This document shows, piece after piece, positions 56,977 through 64,000 of a stretch of 64,000 nt of DNA. The stretch comes from a virus. The notes beneath the pieces were generated by a model. It saw nothing but the letters and a program-made list of their open reading frames with translations. It was not told the origin of the DNA and did not search any database. The stretch is taken from positions 1 through 64,000 of IMG/VR virus record IMGVR_UViG_3300035438_000194, one strand, 5' to 3'. Position numbers and translations under genes: made by a program. The stretch's first letter is position 1. Each line of letters opens with the position of its first letter.

Positions 56977-57047
56977 CTCTTAAAAGTTTAAACTTAAATC
57001 ATTTAATAAACTTCTAAGATTTTATTTGTATATTTACAATATAAACT

Positions 57048-59879
57048 ATGGCAACGTACTTACAAGGTGTAACCGATTATATCCCACAGATTCAACCCTT
57101 CAAACCGGACTTGAATTTCTATCAGGGAGTGCTTGAAACTAAACAGGCACAATACAAGGCTGGCTATGACCAGCTTAACAACATTTATGGAACTATGCTT
57201 AACTCAGAGTTGTCTCGTACAGATAACAATGAGAGAAGAGATGAGTTCTTTAATAAGATTCAGACAGACATTCAGAAGATATCTGGTTTAGATCTTTCTC
57301 GCAATGAGAATGTTGAGGCGGCACAAAAAGTATTCCAACCTATTATTGATGATAAGTACATCCTTAAAGACATGTCTTTTACCAAATCTTACAGAAGAGA
57401 ACAAGGTAAGGCTGATGCTTTTATGAATTGTACAGATGAAAAGAAGTGTGGTGGTAAGTATTGGGAAGGTGGTGTAAGAGCTTTAGATTATCAGAGACAA
57501 GACTTTATGGATGCTGATATTGACCAATCACTTGGTTATCAGAATCCAACGTATACTCCTTATGTTAACGTGTATAAGAAAGCTATGGACTTTGCTAAGG
57601 ACATGGGCTTTGATACTAAAACTGTAAGCTGGAGTCCAGACGGTAGATATATTATTACTACCAAGAACGGTCCTCAGATGGTTACAGGATTAACTGATGC
57701 TTTTGTAAATGCATTTGCTGGTGACCCTACGGTTACAGGTATGTATAAAACACAAGCGTACTTAGATAGAAAAGATTATACATCAGCAAACGCTGAAAGA
57801 TTTGGTGGTGATAAAGTAGCTGCTGAAAAAGAATACCTTGTTGCAGAATCTAATAAGATTAACGAGTACATGCGTAACCTTCAAGCTCAAGCTGAAAAGG
57901 ACAAAGAACAAGTTAAAGTAACTAAGGCTGCTGCACAAGAATCTGTAGAGAAGACTCCAATCAATCCTGATCTTGACCAAGGCTTTGCTGCTATGATCAA
58001 TGGTTTGGATGCAGATGAGCAAAATGCTAATACAGTAGCTACTGTAGCAACAGAAAGTTTAGATGCAACAAATGGTATAGACTACAATAAGATGAGTCTA
58101 GAAGCATTGCGTTACAGAGTTGATACAGCTAAAGCTAATCAGTTATTATACTCTGATATGGCTGGCGCTGCTGAGAACTATGCAATGAATACTATGGAAC
58201 AAGAAGTAGAGGTAGACAAGTATGCCTTTGCTAACTTTGAACATGGTCTTAGAATGTCTGAGATTGCTTATAAGGATTCTCTTGAGCAAGCAAAAAAGAA
58301 AAAGGAAGATGAAGAGGAAGCTGCACTAGAAGCTGAGTATACCTTAAATGGTGAAATGGGAACTCCTGTAGATACTGGTGCTGACAGCGGTCTAGTAGAC
58401 ATGCAGAAACTTATTACAGATGCTCAGAATGAATCTGTTAGTGAAGTTACTGGTGCAACTGATAAGAAGTCATTGTATGTATATGAAAAGTTAAATACAA
58501 TTGCTAACGGTTCTGGATACACAGATGCACAAAGAGCATCAGCTAAAGCGTCAATGCAAAATATCTTTGGTGGATTAGGTAGTACAGATGCTGAAATACG
58601 CGAGGCATTATCTACTGGTGGTCAAGGTGGTCTAGCTGAAATGTGGGGAACATTTAAAAAAGCAGTAAGAGGTAAAGACCTTAACGCTAAACTTGACGCA
58701 TTTACTTCAACAGGAGGTAACGGTTTATTTAGAGAGGATGCTGCATTCTCTGCAGATATGGCTAGATTTGATGCTCAGTTGGAACCAGCTAAGATGAAAG
58801 CTGAAGCTATTACTCAGGCTACTAAAGAAAACAATAAGGCTGTTAGACAGCAAATGATAGCTGAAGGTATGGATCCTACTAAAGCAGATATGTTCATTGA
58901 TGCTTCAGGAAATCTACGTGGAGTTAGTGAATTCAAGAAACGTTGGAACGGTAAGTATGGTGATAACTATATGATCAATGACTGGGAGGACGGTTTAGAT
59001 GATTTACAAGAAAGATATAAGAAAATATATAATGGTGGTAAAGTTCCTATCAAATCTCACTTACAAGGTATGGATGAAGTAGGAGCAAGTGGTTTGCATG
59101 CTATGGCTACTATGTTTAGCATGGACCCTGCACAACTTGGAGGAATGCGTACTAAAGCTAAGGAATTATATCAATCTGATATTATGCCAGCTATGATGGA
59201 TCCTGCTAAAGGTAACGCACGTTTCTTTACTGGAGATATTATTGGCAAAGATGCAGATGATATTGCTGATCTAGAAGTAGATGGTGAAGACGCTGTATTA
59301 GCTAAGAACATGCTTAATGACATTATGCGTTCTGCATTCACTACTAAGTGGAAAGGTGAGAAAGCTGAAAGACCTACAATGGATATCACAAGACACTCTC
59401 TAGTAGGGGGTGATCCTAATAAAGTAGGTGTTACATTTACCATTAACCAAAACTATATTGACGGGTTCAAAGGTTCTGCAAAAGAAAAAGGACTGTTAAA
59501 TAGTATGTTTGGAGCAGCTGGTAACAATAAGATATCAGTTGTAATGGATAAGAAAGCTGCTAACTCAACGTTCTTTAGAGAGCTTGAGCCAACACCAGTA
59601 GAATATGTATTCAACAGTAAGGGTAGCATAGCAGTTAATGCGTTCGCTAACACAGCAGGGGCTGCTACTATTTCTAAAACACCAAGTGGATTTATTTCTA
59701 TTACGGGTAATATGAAGGTGTTTGATCCAGACTCAGGAAGACTTGTAGACATGCCTAATGCGTGGAACGGTTTACTTGAGAATGATGCAAATATTAATGA
59801 TGCATACGCAATGGTTACCCAAGCTTTACATGAACAAGCTCAAGACAACATAGCTCAGTCTAGAGGCTTAATAAAATAA
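57048..59879 (+). CDS. Large ejected (cargo) virion protein
   Basis: 943 aa helical protein before the giant ORF. Confidence 0.65.
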   Translation: MATYLQGVTDYIPQIQPFKPDLNFYQGVLETKQAQYKAGYDQLNNIYGTMLNSELSRTDNNERRDEFFNKIQTDIQKISGLDLSRNENVEAAQKVFQPIIDDKYILKDMSFTKSYRREQGKADAFMNCTDEKKCGGKYWEGGVRALDYQRQDFMDADIDQSLGYQNPTYTPYVNVYKKAMDFAKDMGFDTKTVSWSPDGRYIITTKNGPQMVTGLTDAFVNAFAGDPTVTGMYKTQAYLDRKDYTSANAERFGGDKVAAEKEYLVAESNKINEYMRNLQAQAEKDKEQVKVTKAAAQESVEKTPINPDLDQGFAAMINGLDADEQNANTVATVATESLDATNGIDYNKMSLEALRYRVDTAKANQLLYSDMAGAAENYAMNTMEQEVEVDKYAFANFEHGLRMSEIAYKDSLEQAKKKKEDEEEAALEAEYTLNGEMGTPVDTGADSGLVDMQKLITDAQNESVSEVTGATDKKSLYVYEKLNTIANGSGYTDAQRASAKASMQNIFGGLGSTDAEIREALSTGGQGGLAEMWGTFKKAVRGKDLNAKLDAFTSTGGNGLFREDAAFSADMARFDAQLEPAKMKAEAITQATKENNKAVRQQMIAEGMDPTKADMFIDASGNLRGVSEFKKRWNGKYGDNYMINDWEDGLDDLQERYKKIYNGGKVPIKSHLQGMDEVGASGLHAMATMFSMDPAQLGGMRTKAKELYQSDIMPAMMDPAKGNARFFTGDIIGKDADDIADLEVDGEDAVLAKNMLNDIMRSAFTTKWKGEKAERPTMDITRHSLVGGDPNKVGVTFTINQNYIDGFKGSAKEKGLLNSMFGAAGNNKISVVMDKKAANSTFFRELEPTPVEYVFNSKGSIAVNAFANTAGAATISKTPSGFISITGNMKVFDPDSGRLVDMPNAWNGLLENDANINDAYAMVTQALHEQAQDNIAQSRGLIK

Positions 59880-59883
59880 TTTT

Positions 59884-62800
59884 ATGGCGGAACAAAATAC
59901 TCCTGAGAAAGGTGCGCTTGTCACACCTGCTACTTTAAAATTGCAAAATGCACAAGGTGCTAAGTCACCTGTTAGTGGTGCTCCAGTAACTGGAGATATA
60001 AAAAGGGCAGCTGGTACTTCAGCAGGACCGCCTAATAAGCAGCCTGCTAACATGTCTAATCAGGAGAGGGCATTAGCACGTATGAACGGAGCTATGCTTA
60101 ATGCATATACTCCAGATACAAATAAGTATAATAAGATTACTACCTATAATGCAACGCATCATGGTAGAAACTTTGAAAGATACTATGCTCACCCTAAGTT
60201 TAAAGAGTTAGGCTTTAGTCCGTTTAGAGATAACGAGGCTCACTATAATAAGAACTCTTCTCTATGGGATGATGCACAAAGAGGTATTGTAACCGCTGGT
60301 AAGCTATTTGGTGGAGCATTTGTTGGGGCAGCTAAGAACTGGTCTAACCCGTTTTCAATGGAGCCTGATACAGAAGCTAGTGATGAAATGGAAAGACTTA
60401 TGTCTATTGGTTCCTCAAATAGAGGAGGCTTTGGCTCAAGTGTAATCAACTTTGGAGTTAACTCAGCTTACGGTTTTGGTGTAATGGGTGAGGTACTTGC
60501 TGAAGAAGCAGCGCTTGCATTAGGTACAGCTTTTTCTGGTGGTGCGTTAGGAGGGATGGCAGGTTTAAGAACCGCTTTAAATGCTAAGAAACTAGCAGGA
60601 GCATTTAGTTTAGGTAAAGCTGCAAAGTCTTTTACTAGTGCATTTAAAAATGTGACTAAGATAAATGAAGCACGTCAACTATGGGGTGCTGCAAAAGGAA
60701 TTGGTAAAGCAGCTGATTATCTTACACCGTTTAGTCAAACAAGATCTTTACTTACTCAAGCAGGTAGAGCTGAAGCTAAATGGGATAGTCTCGATAACAT
60801 GGCTAAAGTATCTAAAGGCTTTGGTTCATTCTACAGAGACTTACGTGAGATTAATGCTGTTACATATGAATCTAAATTAGAAGGTGGTGGAGTTCAGACT
60901 GAGGTTATTAACAACTTGATGTCTGACTTTAGAAAGAAGAACGGTAGAGACCCTAATGACCAAGAGGCACAGCTTATGTACCAACAAGGTCATAAAGCTG
61001 GGTACTTAAATGCTCAGATGAATGCTGTTGGTATTTATATATCTAACAAGATTGTATTAGACAAAGCATTAAAGGGTATACCGGGAATGGCTCAAGCTGA
61101 TAATGTAGCTAGAAGAACCATGAAAGGTACATTACTAAAGGTTCAGGACTGGGCTAAGAAAGGAGTTAATCCTTGGGAAGTTGCGTCTGGTATTAAGAAG
61201 TATGGTAAAGCTGCTTTCTACAAACAAACATTCAATCCAAAGAACTTAGCTAAAGGTGGTTTAGGTTACCTGTCTGCTAACTTAATGGAAGGTACTCAAG
61301 AGGTATACCAAGAAGCAATTGCTAATGGTATTACTAGTTATTATATGGACTCATTTAATAATCCATCTCGTGTAGGTGGAGCAGAGTTCCAAGCTAAGAT
61401 GTTAGGTGGTTTAAAGTCACAGATGAGTGGACAAGGTATGGAAACATTCTTATCTGGATTCTTGATGGCTGGACCAATGACTGCAGCTCAGTCAGCATTC
61501 TTTAAAGGAATGGACATGACTAGAAGAGCTAAGTTAAAGATGCAAGATAAAGCTTTTAAAGCTGATCCTGCTAATGCTGGTAAGGCAAGTCCATTTGAAG
61601 AACAACTCAATGCAGAGAAAGACTACGACAACAAAGTTGTAGATGCGTTGAATGATATGACAATGGATCCTAAGAAGTACTTCTCTGCTATTGAGCAGAA
61701 CGCAAGAACTCAGGCTGACTTAGAAAGATTAGGAGAACAAGCCGCAGCTGATGGAGACATGCATGCTGCTAAAAATATTAAGGATGAATCATTGACCAAC
61801 CACATTATTACAATGTTGGAGTCTGGTCACTTTGAAATATTCCAAGACCAACTTAAAGGTCTTAAAGAGTTAGATACTCAAGAGTTACAAGAAGCTTTTG
61901 ATGAGCCTGGTGATGCTAAGAAAACTGTAGCACAAAGAATTGATGCTGTACTTAAAAGAACAGAACAAATCAAAGCTACTTATCAAAAGTATCAAGAGAA
62001 AACAAATCCATTCTCAATGCGTGAAGACCCATTGAGCTATATGGCATTTGAACAAGCTAGAAATATTGCTATTAGAAATGATGTGACCTACCAGCGTACT
62101 GGTGAGCGTATGACTGATATCTTAAATCAGTTTAATAGTAATATGCCTTTCACAAATGCTGATGCTACAGACTTTACTAATTTGTTTGTAGTAGGAGGTA
62201 TGACTGAAGGCGGTAGTCCTAGAATAGGTTTAGGTAGTGAAATCAACTTATTGGATCAACAAATCCAAGGTTTAGATCCAGACATCCCAGAACAAAAAGC
62301 TGAGATGGACCGCCTTACTGAGAAGAGAGATAATCTTAAAAGTCTTAGCGGAACCTTACAAGCTTTTGCGTCTGCTTATAAAACAACACAGTCTGCTGCT
62401 CAAACTGAAGAGAAACATGCTACTAACATGGATACCTTCATTGAGACTGAGAAAGTATTCAAAGAAGCTTATGCTACTTATGTAAGAGGATTGGCTAAAG
62501 CTTCTGGTCAAACTGTTCTTGATTCAGCAATAGATGAAGGTTTCCAACAACTAGCTGACTTCTGGAAACTTAATGCAGATAGACAAGATGTAGCTAATGC
62601 TGTTAACATGATGCAGAATCCTGACATGTACAGAAACGCTACGGAAAAGATAAGAGATGCAATGGATAAAGCATTTGCAGCTCGTAAAGAAAGTTTAAAG
62701 AAAGCACTAGATGGCTATAAGAAAAAGCATTTAGTTAACGCTTTCTTTAATGACTTATTTGAAAAGTATAATGCGTTTGTAGAACCAGAGGAAGCTAATG

Positions 62801-64000
62801 GTTATATAGATAAGAATATAGTACCTGAAACATTCTATGATGCTGATACCCTAGAAGAAATTGAACCGGGGTCAGAAAAGTATAAAGGTATCATGGCACT
62901 GATTGATCAGTATGATGAAATTTACTTTGAAGAAACTGGTGAGCGTCTTATAAGAACAGAGTTACCAGAGAACATGCAAAGACTTGCAGGTTACAACACT
63001 GAGACTAAAGAAGCTATTTACCAAGAGTTCACACCTAGAGATCCTAAAGATAAGAGAAGTATTGCAGCTCTTGCAAAGGAGTTTGGGTTTAACAACATAG
63101 ACACTGAGTCACCTGTTGAGGCCCTGGAGGTACTTAAAGCAATTGCTAGAAGCAAACATGGTTATGTACCAAGAGCGCAAAAGAAACTGGCTCAAGCCTT
63201 ACTAGGATTTATTAAACCAGGTACATTAATCAGATTTAAGAATGGTCACCGTACAAATAGTACGTTTGATCCTGTTAATGGTATTATTGTAGATGCTAAC
63301 TTCAGTGCAGAAGGTTTTCAAAATGCTAACATTCCTATTGAGTTCTCTATCTTAAATGCAGTAATGCAACAAGTAGCTTCTGAGTCATTAGCTGACCCGG
63401 ACTTCAATAACAGAATAACAGCTCTTAGAGAACAGTTCAATGAGTCATTAGAAGCAAACGATAGAAACTACTTTAAGTATGCTTTAGCAAATAACCAACA
63501 GTTTGTTGCAGAGGCGATGACCAATGCAGACTTACAAGCTGAGATGGGTAAGAAGCCATTTGAGGGAGAGATGACTGAACAAACCGCAGAGGCTAAGACC
63601 ATGTGGGAATCATTCATGGACTCCATCTATGAGGCACTTGAGAAGATATTTGGTGTTACAAGAGGTAAGAGCCTTTACCAAGAGGCTATGAATGTTATCA
63701 CAAACAAGCTTGCTCAACCTGGCGTTGCTGGTCCTTCAGCTGTACCTAGTGTATTAGCTGAAGATGAGGTCATTGAAGATGATATTGATATTGAGGAAGA
63801 TGAACCAGAGTTGGATCAAATGCTTCGTGCTAAATTCAACGAGATAGTAAATGCAATGCCTGCTGCAGACAAAGTAGGTATGAACTTTGAAACTTGGAAG
63901 CAAAGTGACTCAGTAGCTATCAGCATGCGTAATAAGTATAATGCTGATAAGATTAAGAAAAAAACTGGCACCCCTGGTGGAGCTACAGTAATGACTGAGG
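59884..64000 (+). CDS. Giant virion cargo protein (over 1370 aa, truncated), probably in the virion RNA polymerase locus
   Basis: ATG 59884; frame spot-checked at 63301 and 63481; Gly/Ala-rich membrane-like segments, EGTQE motif, degenerate zincin-like domain; no RNAP catalytic motif seen in the window. Confidence 0.7.
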   Translation, partial: MAEQNTPEKGALVTPATLKLQNAQGAKSPVSGAPVTGDIKRAAGTSAGPPNKQPANMSNQERALARMNGAMLNAYTPDTNKYNKITTYNATHHGRNFERYYAHPKFKELGFSPFRDNEAHYNKNSSLWDDAQRGIVTAGKLFGGAFVGAAKNWSNPFSMEPDTEASDEMERLMSIGSSNRGGFGSSVINFGVNSAYGFGVMGEVLAEEAALALGTAFSGGALGGMAGLRTALNAKKLAGAFSLGKAAKSFTSAFKNVTKINEARQLWGAAKGIGKAADYLTPFSQTRSLLTQAGRAEAKWDSLDNMAKVSKGFGSFYRDLREINAVTYESKLEGGGVQTEVINNLMSDFRKKNGRDPNDQEAQLMYQQGHKAGYLNAQMNAVGIYISNKIVLDKALKGIPGMAQADNVARRTMKGTLLKVQDWAKKGVNPWEVASGIKKYGKAAFYKQTFNPKNLAKGGLGYLSANLMEGTQEVYQEAIANGITSYYMDSFNNPSRVGGAEFQAKMLGGLKSQMSGQGMETFLSGFLMAGPMTAAQSAFFKGMDMTRRAKLKMQDKAFKADPANAGKASPFEEQLNAEKDYDNKVVDALNDMTMDPKKYFSAIEQNARTQADLERLGEQAAADGDMHAAKNIKDESLTNHIITMLESGHFEIFQDQLKGLKELDTQELQEAFDEPGDAKKTVAQRIDAVLKRTEQIKATYQKYQEKTNPFSMREDPLSYMAFEQARNIAIRNDVTYQRTGERMTDILNQFNSNMPFTNADATDFTNLFVVGGMTEGGSPRIGLGSEINLLDQQIQGLDPDIPEQKAEMDRLTEKRDNLKSLSGTLQAFASAYKTTQSAAQTEEKHATNMDTFIETEKVFKEAYATYVRGLAKASGQTVLDSAIDEGFQQLADFWKLNADRQDVANAVNMMQNPDMYRNATEKIRDAMDKAFAARKESLKKALDGYKKKHLVNAFFNDLFEKYNAFVEPEEANGYIDKNIVPETFYDADTLEEIEPGSEKYKGIMALIDQYDEIYFEETGERLIRTELPENMQRLAGYNTETKEAIYQEFTPRDPKDKRSIAALAKEFGFNNIDTESPVEALEVLKAIARSKHGYVPRAQKKLAQALLGFIKPGTLIRFKNGHRTNSTFDPVNGIIVDANFSAEGFQNANIPIEFSILNAVMQQVASESLADPDFNNRITALREQFNESLEANDRNYFKYALANNQQFVAEAMTNADLQAEMGKKPFEGEMTEQTAEAKTMWESFMDSIYEALEKIFGVTRGKSLYQEAMNVITNKLAQPGVAGPSAVPSVLAEDEVIEDDIDIEEDEPELDQMLRAKFNEIVNAMPAADKVGMNFETWKQSDSVAISMRNKYNADKIKKKTGTPGGATVMTE

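Noticed and set aside
25526-60880. Short antisense or alternate-frame ORFs nested in long structural genes
   Set aside because: Shadow ORFs of strongly biased coding sequence with no independent signals

Overview
This 64 kb window is part of a crAss-like (Crassvirales-type) phage of a Bacteroidota host, read in the standard genetic code. Right arm (about 14.7-64 kb, + strand): late/structural module with a GroES-like co-chaperonin, paralogous fibre/decoration genes, HU/IHF-like proteins, a PD-(D/E)XK nuclease, large terminase, portal, scaffold-like protein, major capsid protein, a block of Lys-rich basic proteins, a Dps/ferritin-like protein, Cys-rich structural proteins, tail ring/tubular/stabilisation proteins and large ejected virion proteins, the last running off the window. 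Left arm (1-13.3 kb, mostly - strand): early/accessory region with two notable structures. (1) An array of tiny gene units at about 7.7-13.3 kb, most built as the 12-mer AAAGTCCTTAAT, then an AT-rich leader, a short ORF and a GC-rich hairpin that usually overlaps the stop codon. (2) A DUF2828 (TROVE/Ro60-like + VWA) gene preceded by three tandem covarying RNA stem-loop modules carrying a C(A/C)GCACU motif and followed by a long stem-loop and a non-canonical tRNA-like element: a candidate Ro60/Y-RNA-like ribonucleoprotein system. The strand switch at about 13.3-14.7 kb holds G/C tracts and a dense cluster of unrelated palindromes. All protein calls come from motif recognition by eye and gene order; no database search or folding program was run.
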